Positions 47,173-57,238 of a stretch of DNA of 64,000 bases are shown one piece after another (positions within the stretch are counted from its first letter, which is position 1; each line of letters opens with the position of its first letter). Source of the DNA: Patescibacteria group bacterium. GTDB lineage: Bacteria > Patescibacteriota > Patescibacteriia > UBA11705 > DATKZF01. A program made the position numbers and the translations under genes. The notes beneath the pieces were generated by a model that was not told the origin of the DNA, did no database searches, and saw only the letters and a program-made list of their open reading frames with translations. Where the stretch lies: positions 204,072-268,071 of the forward strand of contig JBMORT010000002.1 of NCBI GenBank assembly GCA_049319825.1, in the 5' to 3' direction.

Positions 47173-48189
47173 CTAGAGGTTGAAGAGTTTCGCGGGATCG
47201 ATCAGGTTCACATTGCCCTGTCCGCCCTTGCCCCAGGCGGCCAGCGCCTGCCACTTGAGCTGCTCAAGCTTGAATCGAGCCAGCTCTGCGCCGGTGACTC
47301 CCAGTTTCCCGAGAGCCTCGGCCTCCTTTTCGAGCGCCTTGACCTGCGCCTGGCCTTCGAGCGCGCTCAGCTCTTCTTTACGGCGAGCGACCTCGATGCT
47401 GGCCTGAATGTCGACCAGCGCAGCCTGACGCTTCTGATGCTCGACCACGACCGCCTTGAGGCTTTCCTCGACCTCGGGGTCGAGGTTGACGTCCTCGATC
47501 AGCACATCAAGGATCTCGATGCCCCACTGATTCTGGATGTCGATCTCATCGGTGGTCGGGTTCAGCAGTCCCTCCCTCATCAGGCGGCTGTTTTCGAGCC
47601 AGTCGATGGCCAGCAGGTTCTCGAACTCGACGTTGATGTCGAGCACGATCTTTTGGAACAACCTGCGGATCAGGTCGTCCACCAGTTCCCGGGCCTTGGT
47701 TTCTTCGGCTCCGCCAATCAGATTTTGCTTGACCTGCAGAAATCTTTCGGCGTTCCGAATGAGGTTCCCCTTCGTCTGGAACCTCAGGTTGAGCGAGATC
47801 TCTTTGGCCACCACCTTGACCGGAGTCTTGATGGCTTTGCCGTCGCTGCCGACCACCGTGTACTGGAGATCGGCTTTGACATCTCGCACATTTAGCGAGA
47901 ATAATTCCGTGGACTGGACGATGCGCTCTTCCCACCAGGGGAAGTAGATCCTCCAGCCCGGGTGTTTCACCGCGATCAGGCCACCGAAACTGACGATAAA
48001 CCAGATTTCGGTGGGTTTGACCATCTCGACCCTGATCATGTTCATGACCAGGATCGCGGCCGCGATGATCGTGCTGCCGATGATCAGCATGTCGCTGACA
48101 TCGATCGGCCGCATGACCCACAGCAAGATCATCTCGCACAAAACAAACAGCCAGAGCAGGGCGAATTTCAACATGCTCGAATAATTCAT
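47173..48189 (-). CDS. SPFH/Band-7 domain membrane protein
   Basis: Two TMs, FG......PGW.I.FP, WGIEI.DVLI.DV, coiled-coil tail; GGGAGG SD before ATG 48189. Confidence 0.8.
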   Translation of the reverse strand: MNYSSMLKFALLWLFVLCEMILLWVMRPIDVSDMLIIGSTIIAAAILVMNMIRVEMVKPTEIWFIVSFGGLIAVKHPGWRIYFPWWEERIVQSTELFSLNVRDVKADLQYTVVGSDGKAIKTPVKVVAKEISLNLRFQTKGNLIRNAERFLQVKQNLIGGAEETKARELVDDLIRRLFQKIVLDINVEFENLLAIDWLENSRLMREGLLNPTTDEIDIQNQWGIEILDVLIEDVNLDPEVEESLKAVVVEHQKRQAALVDIQASIEVARRKEELSALEGQAQVKALEKEAEALGKLGVTGAELARFKLEQLKWQALAAWGKGGQGNVNLIDPAKLFNL

Positions 48190-48231
48190 CTGATTCCTCC
48201 CGATTGGTTTAATTTCATCCAAATTCATATT

Positions 48232-48260
48232 ATTATATCATATTTTTTCATTTTTGTCAA
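48232..48260 (-). promoter_or_regulatory. sigma70 consensus promoter
   Basis: TTGACA-17-TATAAT on the minus strand. Confidence 0.8.
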
Positions 48261-48324
48261 TTTAGCCAAAAAGAGAGCCGGAGCTCTCTTTGGTATTAGA
48301 TGATTTTTATTCTAAAATTAGCAA

Positions 48325-48825
48325 TTATTGCTGCAATGCTCTAAGAACGAATGAAACCAAGGTATAGCTGAGGAAAATAACAGCCAAACCGATGGCCGCG
48401 TATAGCATGGCCTTCTTGCCTTTGTCAATCCGGCCTTCACTGCCGCCAGAAAACATCCACAGCACGCCGCCGTAGATGAATACGGCCAGAGCGATCGATC
48501 CGGAAACGCCGATAACCGATTTGATGATCCGGCCAATCACCACGTTGATGTCGGTTTGCTCCCCCGGTGTTTTGGCCAGAAAATTTGGTAAAATAATGTC
48601 CGCCGGCGTAGTAGATTGAGCGCCGCCCGGAGCGGGCGGTGTAACTTCCAGCGTGGCGGTGCCGCCCGGAACCTCGCCGGTCTGCGTGCCGCCGCCTTCA
48701 CCGCCCGTTTGAGTGCCGCCGGCGTCCGGCAGAGTTTGAGTCGCCAAAGCCAATGGCGCTGATGCGATCACCAGAGAAAATAGCAAAATTGTCGGAATTA
48801 ATAAATGGATTGTTTTGGTTTTCAT
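48325..48825 (-). CDS. VirB2/TrbC-like pilin
   Basis: Signal peptide, G/T-rich linker, GSIALAVFIYGG.LW..SGG...I.KGKK...YA.IGL.VIF.SY. Confidence 0.85.
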   Translation of the reverse strand: MKTKTIHLLIPTILLFSLVIASAPLALATQTLPDAGGTQTGGEGGGTQTGEVPGGTATLEVTPPAPGGAQSTTPADIILPNFLAKTPGEQTDINVVIGRIIKSVIGVSGSIALAVFIYGGVLWMFSGGSEGRIDKGKKAMLYAAIGLAVIFLSYTLVSFVLRALQQ

Positions 48826-48827
48826 AT

Positions 48828-50276
48828 TTATGTGCTGGGAATTATTTTTTTCCATGTTGATTTTTTAAAACTGCTGATATGCGTTTTGGCCGTTCGTGTT
48901 TTGACGAATTTAAGCCACTGGGGATTTGGACCCTTGCGGTGCTTGTCGATGATGATGTCAACGACATCGCCGTTTTTAAGCTTGGCGTCGAGCGGCACCT
49001 GCTGATCGTTAACGCTAGCGCTGCCGCATTTATTGCCGATATCCGAATGTATTTCATAGGCGAAATCAACCGGGGTGGCGCCTTCGGGCAGATCGATAAC
49101 GTCGCCTTTTGGTGTGAAAACAAAAATTCTATTTTGGAAAAAATCTATTTTGACCGTTTCTAAAAAATTTTCATCGTCTTTAATTTCTTTTTGCCATTTC
49201 GCCAACTCATCGACCCAGCCCAAATCTTCAATTTTTGTTTTTCCTCCCTTTTCTTTATATTTCCAGTGTGAGGCGATGCCGAATTCCGCTTGCTCGTGCA
49301 TCTGCGGCGTGCGAATTTGGAATTCAACCTGCTCGTGATTGTCGCCGAATACGGTGGTATGCAGCGATTGATAACCGTTCGGCTTTGGCTGGGCGATATA
49401 ATCTTTTATTCTGCCTTTAACCGGCTTCCATAAGCTGTGAATAATGCCCAGCGCCGCGTAGCAATCGGCAATATCCTTAACGATGATTCGCGCCGCCACC
49501 AAATCGTAGATGTGATTGATGTCTTTTTCGTTTTTTATCAATTTGCGGTAAAGGCTGTAATAATGCTTCGTGCGGCTGTACACGTCCAGATAGTGGACGT
49601 TATTTTCTTTCAATTTCCGTTTTAATTTATTAAGCATTGATTCCAGCGCGCGTTCTTTGATCGGCAGCCCCTTTTTTATTAAACCCTCCACCCAAATATA
49701 TTCATCGGGAAAACCGTATTTGAACGCCTCATCCTCCAGCTTGCCTTGCAATTCTCCCATGCCCAGCCGATTGGCGATCGGCGCGTAGATTTCCAGCACT
49801 TCCATGGCGATGCGTTTTTGTTTATCCGCCGGCAGCGCGTAGAGCGTTCTTAAATTGTGAAGCCGATCGGCGAATTTGATGATGATCACCCGAATGTCTT
49901 TGGCCATGGCCACGAACATTTTGCGCAAATTTTCAACATAGCGTTTCATGCCGCGGTATTTGACGGTGCCGAGCTTGGTAATGCCATCGACCATGTCGGC
50001 GACGTCAGCGCCGAAATTTTGTTTGATGTCTTCCAGCGTGTATTCGGTGTCTTCCGGAACATCATGAAGCAAGCCGGCGATTATTATATTTTGATTGACC
50101 CCAAGATCGGCGAGGTTTTGGGCGGTGGCCAGCGCGTGATCAATATAGTCGACACCGGTGGCGCGGCGCTGGCCGGCGTGCGCTGTTTTCGCAAATTCAT
50201 AAGCCAGCTCGATCAGCGCCAGATCGGCTTTGGGGTCATACTTTTTAACGGTTGTCAGCAATTTGCGAATGGTCAT
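48828..50276 (-). CDS. RelA/SpoT homolog (HD + synthetase + TGS, no ACT), probably bifunctional
   Basis: AH.GQ.R..G..YI.H, LLHDVPED, ADRLHN; RIKDYIA.PKPNGYQSLH, EFQIRT; TPKG..TPVDFAY. Confidence 0.93.
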   Translation of the reverse strand: MTIRKLLTTVKKYDPKADLALIELAYEFAKTAHAGQRRATGVDYIDHALATAQNLADLGVNQNIIIAGLLHDVPEDTEYTLEDIKQNFGADVADMVDGITKLGTVKYRGMKRYVENLRKMFVAMAKDIRVIIIKFADRLHNLRTLYALPADKQKRIAMEVLEIYAPIANRLGMGELQGKLEDEAFKYGFPDEYIWVEGLIKKGLPIKERALESMLNKLKRKLKENNVHYLDVYSRTKHYYSLYRKLIKNEKDINHIYDLVAARIIVKDIADCYAALGIIHSLWKPVKGRIKDYIAQPKPNGYQSLHTTVFGDNHEQVEFQIRTPQMHEQAEFGIASHWKYKEKGGKTKIEDLGWVDELAKWQKEIKDDENFLETVKIDFFQNRIFVFTPKGDVIDLPEGATPVDFAYEIHSDIGNKCGSASVNDQQVPLDAKLKNGDVVDIIIDKHRKGPNPQWLKFVKTRTAKTHISSFKKSTWKKIIPST

Positions 50277-50283
50277 AATTATA

Positions 50284-51912
50284 TTATAGCAGATCTTTAG
50301 TTGAAGCGTATTTAGTTATCATCTTTTTGGCCAAATTTGATTTCACGAAATTCAGCCAAGCCGGATCAGGGCCTTCGGAATTGATGTCCGGAATGATTTC
50401 CACCACGTCCTCATTTTCCAGCTTGCGACTGAGCTCGGCCGGTTGATTGTTTACCAGCGCGAACTTGCAGAAATGTCCCAGATCCGAATGGATATGATAG
50501 GCAAAATCCACCGGCGTGGCCCCCTGCGGCAGGGATATAATATCGCCCTTTGGCGTGTACACGTAAATTTTTTCTTGGAATATTTTGCTCAGCTCCTCGT
50601 CCCAGATATTTTTTTGGGAAAATAGGCTGCTGGCTCGGAGTAAACGCTTGGCCCAGTCGTTTTCCACGGCCGCGCCATCTTTATAGAATAAATGAGCGGC
50701 GACGCCATATTGAGCTTGGTGATGCATGTCATGGGTTCTAATTTGAAATTCGGTCAGACGATTGCCCGGGCCGATGACTGTCGTGTGCAAAGTTTGATAG
50801 CCGTTTTCTTTCGGCGCGGCAATATAATCCTTGATTCTCTTGTGCACCGGCGGCCAGAGGCCGTGAATGATGCGCATCATCAAGTAGCATTCATCGACGG
50901 TATTAACGATGACGCGCAGTGCGAACACATCGTAAATTTCATTGAATGTTTTTTGTTTGGTTTTCATTTTTTGGTAGATGCTGTAGTAGTGCTTAAAACG
51001 GCCGTTGACTTCACAGTTGATGTTGTTCTTTTCCGCTTCTCGCTGCACGGCCTTTTTCAGTTTATTAATGTATTTATCCCTGATTTTTTTATTCTCTTTG
51101 CCGAATTTGTCGGCGATTTTTTGATATTCTTTGGGCTGCAGGATGCGGAATGCGTGATCCTCCAGCTGCCAGCGTACGCGCCAAATGCCCAGCATGTTGG
51201 CGATGGGTGCTAAAATTTCCTTGGCTTGTTTGGCCAAAAGATATTTGTCTTCAAGCGCGATTTTCTCGTCGTTGCCTAGCGAATCGAGCATCGAGGCCAT
51301 CTTGATGAAAATAACGCGAACATCTTGCGCCATTACCAACATCAGTTCTTTGATGTTGTTGTTGAAACTTTTCGTTTTATTGGCCAAGTGATTTATTTTT
51401 CTGTATTTTTTTAATATTTCCAGCGCGTGATTGCCCAGCTCCTTCTTTATCATCGGATCAAAATCATCGATTTCGTTTTCCAAATCGACATGATGGAGCA
51501 TGCTGGCGGCGATAGTGATCGCGTCAACCTTCATCGTGCTCAACAGCTGCGAAGTGTTGACTGAGTGCCAAAAAAACATTCGGTGACGTTTTTGATCCTG
51601 GCCGTTAAAATATTGATCAATGTAATCCAGCACGATTACAATTTTATAATTGTCTCTGCCAATGATTTTTTCTATTTCCGATCTTTTTTCAGGAGAGACT
51701 TGGTTGATTTTAAAAATCGCTGATGAGGCGATAAAAAAAGGAGAAGCATTGGCCATTGCCAGCTTCTCCGCCAGTATTAATTGTTTTTCGTAGGTTTCTT
51801 TGGTGATTATGTTTGCGTTTAGGCATTTTTCCAAATAATTCAAAGCTTCGCCCAATATTTCCGCATCAGGCCTATTTTTTTCGATGAATTCCTGGAGCGT
51901 TTTATTACCCAT
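50284..51912 (-). CDS. RelA/SpoT homolog with degenerate HD region (probably synthetase-only)
   Basis: LHHVDLEN in place of HD..ED, MASMLDSL in place of ADRLHN; intact RIKDYIA, EFQIRT and TGS. Confidence 0.9.
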   Translation of the reverse strand: MGNKTLQEFIEKNRPDAEILGEALNYLEKCLNANIITKETYEKQLILAEKLAMANASPFFIASSAIFKINQVSPEKRSEIEKIIGRDNYKIVIVLDYIDQYFNGQDQKRHRMFFWHSVNTSQLLSTMKVDAITIAASMLHHVDLENEIDDFDPMIKKELGNHALEILKKYRKINHLANKTKSFNNNIKELMLVMAQDVRVIFIKMASMLDSLGNDEKIALEDKYLLAKQAKEILAPIANMLGIWRVRWQLEDHAFRILQPKEYQKIADKFGKENKKIRDKYINKLKKAVQREAEKNNINCEVNGRFKHYYSIYQKMKTKQKTFNEIYDVFALRVIVNTVDECYLMMRIIHGLWPPVHKRIKDYIAAPKENGYQTLHTTVIGPGNRLTEFQIRTHDMHHQAQYGVAAHLFYKDGAAVENDWAKRLLRASSLFSQKNIWDEELSKIFQEKIYVYTPKGDIISLPQGATPVDFAYHIHSDLGHFCKFALVNNQPAELSRKLENEDVVEIIPDINSEGPDPAWLNFVKSNLAKKMITKYASTKDLL

Positions 51913-52029
51913 ATGATCTTAATACTATTATAACAGATTTAGGCGAATGTCAAATACGTTTCAGTTGTAATAAAAAGGCAATAGGCAATAGGCAGTAGGC
52001 AGTAGACGACTGACATATGCGCCGAACTA

Positions 52030-52058
52030 TTGACAACCTTTGAAAAGTTTGCTACAAT
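52030..52058 (+). promoter_or_regulatory. sigma70 promoter with no clear downstream gene
   Basis: TTGACA-17-TACAAT. Confidence 0.7.
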
Positions 52059-52063
52059 GTAAT

Positions 52064-52137
52064 TGTTGATGCGTTGGGAGTATCCCAATGACGCAGACAC
52101 TCCTCGGAAGTTTTCCTACGAGGAGTGTTTTGTTATT
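52064..52137 (+). ncRNA. candidate small RNA (~70 nt)
   Basis: Promoter, hairpin TGCGTTGGGA-gta-TCCCAatgACGCA, then terminator ACACTCCTCG..CGAGGAGTGT-TTTGTT. Confidence 0.4.
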
Positions 52138-52795
52138 ACGAATTTTCCATACTAGAAGATAAAGCATAGCTATGTTTTTGTTACAAATATTACGAATTTT
52201 ACGAATTACAACCACTAATTTGGGAAATCGTAATTTTGTTACGAATTACAATCACTTTCGAGATTTAGGAATTCGAGCTTCACAATCCCTGAATCAAACT
52301 CGGTTTTGATCCATCATCCATGTTCCATGATTCAAGACTTTATCAACAATTCAATTTTTGCATTTCAATTCATATTTGATAAAATAAAGCCGAGGGTCGC
52401 CGGAAACCCTAGCATCAACAATGTCATTGGGGTTACAATCCGGTACCCTCACTGTATTCGATATAAAAAATACAAAATTTGAAATTGGGGATAGACAATG
52501 GAAATCTCCTGTTTCTAAATATTCTTCAGTCAACTCAATATCTCTCAAATCCTTATCCTTGCCTGATGGCTCGCGCAGTAGTTTGTCAGATTCGCTTAAT
52601 CGGGCAATATAAAAAAACAGGACGCCGGGTCCTGATTTTATATTGGGAATTGGAAACTGGAAATTAGAAATTGGGAAAATGTCTACGGATCTATGAAAAA
52701 ATGGATCAACGGATTGCAAACACATATAACATATAACTGATGAATAAATCATTGTTATTTGTTTCATGCTTCATGCTTCATGCTCCATGGACAAA

Positions 52796-55021
52796 TTATT
52801 CCTTCTCCGCCTTCTCAGTATGCTTACATTCCTTATTCGAACATTTGACGGTGCCTTTCGGACCGAATACAAGCTGCGAGCCGCAGTCCGGGCATTTTTT
52901 ATCAACCGGTTTTGACCAATATACGTTCTTGCATTCAGGATAGTTTGAACAGCCGTAAAAAGTCTTGCCGCGCTTTGATCTCCTTTCAATAATTTCGCCT
53001 TTGCCGCATTCGGGACATTTAACGCCCGTTGACTTCACGATCGGCTTGATGTTTTTGCATTCCGGATATTTCGAGCAGCCTAAAAATTTGCCGTAGCGGC
53101 CGTGCTTGATCACCATTGGCGCGCCGCATTTGTCGCAAATCTCATTAGTGGCTTCCGGCTCTTCGGTTTTTATTTCTCCATTAGTCGAAACGATGTTTTT
53201 AGTGTTTTTGCATTCAGGATAATTGGAACAGGCCAAAAATTTTCCGAAGCGGCCCATCTTAATAACCATGGGCGATCCGCATTTTTCGCAAATTTCCTTA
53301 GTCTCTTCTTCGGTAATTTCTTTTTTCGAAACTTCTTTTTCTTTTTTCTCCAAGTTTTTTTCGAATGGATTATAAAATTCATCGATTACTGGCTGCCATT
53401 CTTTTTTTCCTTCGGCGATTTTGTCTAAGTCTTCCTCCATATGAGCGGTGAAATCATAGTCAACGATATTTGGGAAATGAGCGACCAAAAGGTCATTGAC
53501 CACGAAAGCCATGTCTGTTGGCACAAGCTTTTTATCCTCTTTGACCACGTAGTTTCTGTCCTGGATAGTGGCAATGGTAGGCGCGTAAGTGGAAGGCCGA
53601 CCAATGCCGCGCTCTTCGAGCGCTTTGACCAGAGCGGCTTCCGTGTAGCGCGCCGGCGGCTGGGTAAAGTGCTGGAGCGGCTCGATTTTTTTGGCTTCGA
53701 CCGGATCTTTTTCCTTGAGCGCTGGCAAAATAGTTTCCTTGGTGTCTGTGGAATACACTTTTTGCCAGCCCGGGAATTTTATTTGCACGCCATTGGCGCG
53801 GAAAGTGAATTCACCTTTGGCGTTTTCGATATCAACAGCGGTCTGATCGAGCTTGGCATCAGCCATCTGGCTGGCCAGCGATCGCGACCAGATCAGATTG
53901 TAAAGCTTGTATTGATTATTATTTAAAAATTGTTTGATCGAGTCAGGTGTTCTGTCCGCTTGGGTCGGTCTGATGGCTTCATGAGCTTCTTGAGCGCCTT
54001 TTGATTTTTTATAAGCGCGGGCAGCCGGTCCCAGATACTCTTTGCCGAATTCGGATTCAATGAATTTTTTTACGCCGTCTTTGAATTCATCAGATAAATT
54101 CAAAGAGTCGGTTCTCATATAGGTGATCAAACCTGTTGATCCTTCCGATCCCAGCTCAATACCTTCATAAAGCTGCTGAGCCAGCATCATTGTTTGCTTG
54201 GCGGAAAAGCCGAGCTTGCTATTGGCTTCCTGCTGCAGCGTGGAGGTCTTAAATGGCGTCGGCGCTTTTTTAGCGGTTTCTTTGATTTCTACCTTGGCGA
54301 TTTTATAATCCTGCTTTTCAAGCTTGGCCAAAAGCTCCTTGGCCTGCTTTTCATTTTTAATATCCAGCTTCTTTAATGTCTTGCCGTCAACTTTATAAAG
54401 CTTGGCAGAAAATTCATTATTGTCTTTGGCAAATACAGCTTCGATCGTCCAATATTCTTCTTTTTTAAAAGCCTTAATTTCCCGCTCGCGTTCTACTATC
54501 AGGCGGACAGCCACGGACTGGACGCGTCCGGCAGAAAGGCCGCGCGCCACTTTTTTCCAAAGAAAAGGCGACAGCTTGTAGCCGACCAGCCTGTCGAGCA
54601 CGCGCCGCGCCTGCTGGGCGTCGACCAGATGCAAATCAATGTCGCGCGGATGCTCGATTGATTTTTCAATGGCCGACTTGGTTATTTCATGAAAGGTGAT
54701 TCTCTTGGATTTGCCTTTCTTTGGCTTTAAAATATTTTTCAAATGCCAGGCAATGGCTTCGCCTTCGCGGTCCTCGTCAGTCGCGAAGTATATCTCATCC
54801 GATTTTTTAGCCGCTTCTTTTAAGGCGTTGACAGCCTTTCTGGCCTTGGGAGGAATGACATATTGAGGTTCGTAATTGTTTTCGACGTCAACTCCCATTT
54901 TAGTTTTCGGCAAATCCCGCACATGACCAAAAGAAGACAGGATAGTGTATTCAGCCTTTGGTAAAAATTTGGTAATGGTTTTAGCTTTGGTCGGGGATTC
55001 GACGATGACTAGATTTTTCAT
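52796..55021 (-). CDS. topA: DNA topoisomerase I with C-terminal Zn ribbons
   Basis: LVIVESPTKAKTI, ATDEDREGEAI, SAGRVQS, ITYMRTDS, C4 Zn ribbons. Confidence 0.98.
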   Translation of the reverse strand: MKNLVIVESPTKAKTITKFLPKAEYTILSSFGHVRDLPKTKMGVDVENNYEPQYVIPPKARKAVNALKEAAKKSDEIYFATDEDREGEAIAWHLKNILKPKKGKSKRITFHEITKSAIEKSIEHPRDIDLHLVDAQQARRVLDRLVGYKLSPFLWKKVARGLSAGRVQSVAVRLIVEREREIKAFKKEEYWTIEAVFAKDNNEFSAKLYKVDGKTLKKLDIKNEKQAKELLAKLEKQDYKIAKVEIKETAKKAPTPFKTSTLQQEANSKLGFSAKQTMMLAQQLYEGIELGSEGSTGLITYMRTDSLNLSDEFKDGVKKFIESEFGKEYLGPAARAYKKSKGAQEAHEAIRPTQADRTPDSIKQFLNNNQYKLYNLIWSRSLASQMADAKLDQTAVDIENAKGEFTFRANGVQIKFPGWQKVYSTDTKETILPALKEKDPVEAKKIEPLQHFTQPPARYTEAALVKALEERGIGRPSTYAPTIATIQDRNYVVKEDKKLVPTDMAFVVNDLLVAHFPNIVDYDFTAHMEEDLDKIAEGKKEWQPVIDEFYNPFEKNLEKKEKEVSKKEITEEETKEICEKCGSPMVIKMGRFGKFLACSNYPECKNTKNIVSTNGEIKTEEPEATNEICDKCGAPMVIKHGRYGKFLGCSKYPECKNIKPIVKSTGVKCPECGKGEIIERRSKRGKTFYGCSNYPECKNVYWSKPVDKKCPDCGSQLVFGPKGTVKCSNKECKHTEKAEKE

Positions 55022-55282
55022 ATATAAAGGTATCGATGCGAATATTCTAATTATATTGATGATGCGGATTTAACTTTTCTTTATTTGCATGATTGGTATA
55101 ATTCGCATGCATTTGGATATTGGCATCGATTAAAATTTCATTTTGTTAAAATACTGACACTATTTTATAACCTTGTCAAATAAGATTCTGGAAAAGTTGA
55201 TTTTTGAGCGGTATAATCATCAAATTGACAGGTTTTATGTTTTATATTATATTGTTCAATCAGACAGACCAAGGAGGATATC

Positions 55283-55876
55283 ATGAAAGCCAAGCTTGGA
55301 GCGATTTTTCTCCTTTGCCTTTACTGTCGGTGCTCGGGAATATTGTCGGATGATCAGACAACGGTTCAGGTGGAAATTCAAAAGGTTCCGAATGGCTCGC
55401 CAATCGATATCACCGCCAGGTATTTGGCTGAAATAGAGGTTGCTCAGGCAATTGGTGGCGTCTATCCGTTTTTAAGAAACAAATGCCAAGCGCGATCGGT
55501 CATGGTTTATTTCGATAATTATCATGAGTCTGACGACGTGAGTTTCGCGTCGGTTGTGGTCACCCCGTACGGTTCGGAATTATTGTTTGAGTTTTATGTC
55601 AAGGACATGACTCTAATTCGGCGCTACACGCAGGCAATGATGGCGATCGATGTCAGCCGTCGTGAACCGACGCCGGTGCAGGGGCGATCATTTTATTGGG
55701 CCCGCGTGACGCTTGGCCAGCACCTGCCGCTGGAAAGATTGGCGTACTCGCTGAAGCAATTAGACGCGGGCACGCGCTATACACGGCTGCAGTACATTTG
55801 TCGGAATATTTCCGGAAAAAGAATCAAGCAGCTGGAGGGAAAATGGATTCGATACCAGCGCGAGTTCGTAAAATAA
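55283..55876 (+). CDS. hypothetical secreted protein or lipoprotein
   Basis: AGGAGG SD; signal-like N-terminus; TTGACA near 55225; terminator at about 55877-55907. Confidence 0.7.
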   Translation: MKAKLGAIFLLCLYCRCSGILSDDQTTVQVEIQKVPNGSPIDITARYLAEIEVAQAIGGVYPFLRNKCQARSVMVYFDNYHESDDVSFASVVVTPYGSELLFEFYVKDMTLIRRYTQAMMAIDVSRREPTPVQGRSFYWARVTLGQHLPLERLAYSLKQLDAGTRYTRLQYICRNISGKRIKQLEGKWIRYQREFVK

Positions 55877-55975
55877 ACAGCCCCTCGGAACGCGAAGGGC
55901 TTTTTTGTTTTGGGAATTGGAAATGGGGAATTGGAAATGGGGTTAATCCTAGTTTCCAATTTTCATTTTTTAGTT

Positions 55976-57238
55976 TCAGCCATTAAAACTTTTTCTGGTT
56001 TTAAGAATCTTTTCTTCGGACACCCAAAATTTTCTCAGCTCGCCGCACAAAAATGTCGAGCCGGTTATCAGCAGTGTTTCGTTTTTTCTTTGATTCCTTC
56101 TCGCCTCGTCAAAAGCTTGCCAAGGGTCAAGATACGGTTGGCATTTTATTTTCGGCCAGAATTTTTTTATCACGGGCACTATTTTCAGCGGGTCAGTCGC
56201 CCGCCGCTGCTCGACCAAAAAGCGAGTGGCATAAACCTGGCAATTAAAATTGTCGAGCAAGGGCTTGAGGCAGGCTTTTTCATCCTTGGGAGAGGACAGG
56301 GCAAAAACAATGTGAAGTTTTGTCGTTCTATGGTTCTGTAGTTTTATAGTTAAATATTTCAGTTTATCAGGATTGTGAGCGGAGTCCAAAATGACAAGAG
56401 GATTTTTTTGGATAACTTCAAGCCGGCAGGGAAGCTTGGCCTTGGCGATCCCGGCTTTGATGAATTGCTTTTTTATTTTCAGATATTCTGCCATTTTTGA
56501 GGCCAGTTCAGCATTCGGATTTTGTTTCGACTCGACCCAAACCATTTTAGCTTTGGTTTTTTTTGCCTCGTTGTCAAAGATTTTTAGAAATTGTTTTTTC
56601 TTTTCAGTGGTCAAGCAAATATTTTGATGAATAATGCCGGCTTTTTCATATGCCACATCCTTTAATGTCGGCCCGATGATATGCAGATGGTCCGGTCCGA
56701 TATTGGTAATGGCCGCAACATCGATTCTGCTCAAGGCATTGGCCGCGTCATAGCGGCCGCCGCAGCCGACTTCGATGATTTGATAATCGCATTTTTGTTG
56801 TTTGAAATAGAGCAGGGCGATCAGCAGAAAATTCTCAAAATATGAAGGCAGACTCGTTTGCTCATGGCATTTTTCAATGATCGGTTTGGCTTTCTCAACC
56901 ATTGCCGTAAATTCATCCGGGCTGATATATAAATCATTGACTTTGATTCGCTCGATCGCAGCGGTCGAATGGGGAGACATGTAGGTGCCGACTTTTTTTC
57001 CCGCTTCAGTTAAAATTTGCTGCAATATATTGCAAGTTGACCCCTTGCCGCTGGTGCCGGTGACCACAATTATTTTTTTCGCCGACCTTTCAGGATTGCC
57101 CGCCAATTTTAACAGCAGCTTGGCCCGCTTTAAATATTGCCGCGGATCTCTGGCGCCCGTAATTGAAGAATCCTCGCGGAGATTGGCGAGGGAAATTAAA
57201 TAATTGAACGATTGGTTGTATTGCTTGAATGAAAACAT
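55976..57238 (-). CDS. folC: folylpolyglutamate synthase/dihydrofolate synthase family
   Basis: VTGTSGKGST, SPH....ERI, EVGCGGRYD, ILDSAHNP, ITGS.FLCGE. Confidence 0.9.
   Translation of the reverse strand: MFSFKQYNQSFNYLISLANLREDSSITGARDPRQYLKRAKLLLKLAGNPERSAKKIIVVTGTSGKGSTCNILQQILTEAGKKVGTYMSPHSTAAIERIKVNDLYISPDEFTAMVEKAKPIIEKCHEQTSLPSYFENFLLIALLYFKQQKCDYQIIEVGCGGRYDAANALSRIDVAAITNIGPDHLHIIGPTLKDVAYEKAGIIHQNICLTTEKKKQFLKIFDNEAKKTKAKMVWVESKQNPNAELASKMAEYLKIKKQFIKAGIAKAKLPCRLEVIQKNPLVILDSAHNPDKLKYLTIKLQNHRTTKLHIVFALSSPKDEKACLKPLLDNFNCQVYATRFLVEQRRATDPLKIVPVIKKFWPKIKCQPYLDPWQAFDEARRNQRKNETLLITGSTFLCGELRKFWVSEEKILKTRKSFNG

Noticed and set aside
47086-47895. Long antisense ORFs (also 10318-11046, 22763-23200, 32571-33353, 47546-48139)
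   Set aside because: Shadow frames of real or GC-rich genes, with no motifs or RBS
52351-52767. 138-aa minus-strand ORF
   Set aside because: Reads through heptamer repeats and a hairpin (FPISNFQFPIPN); no RBS or recognisable domain
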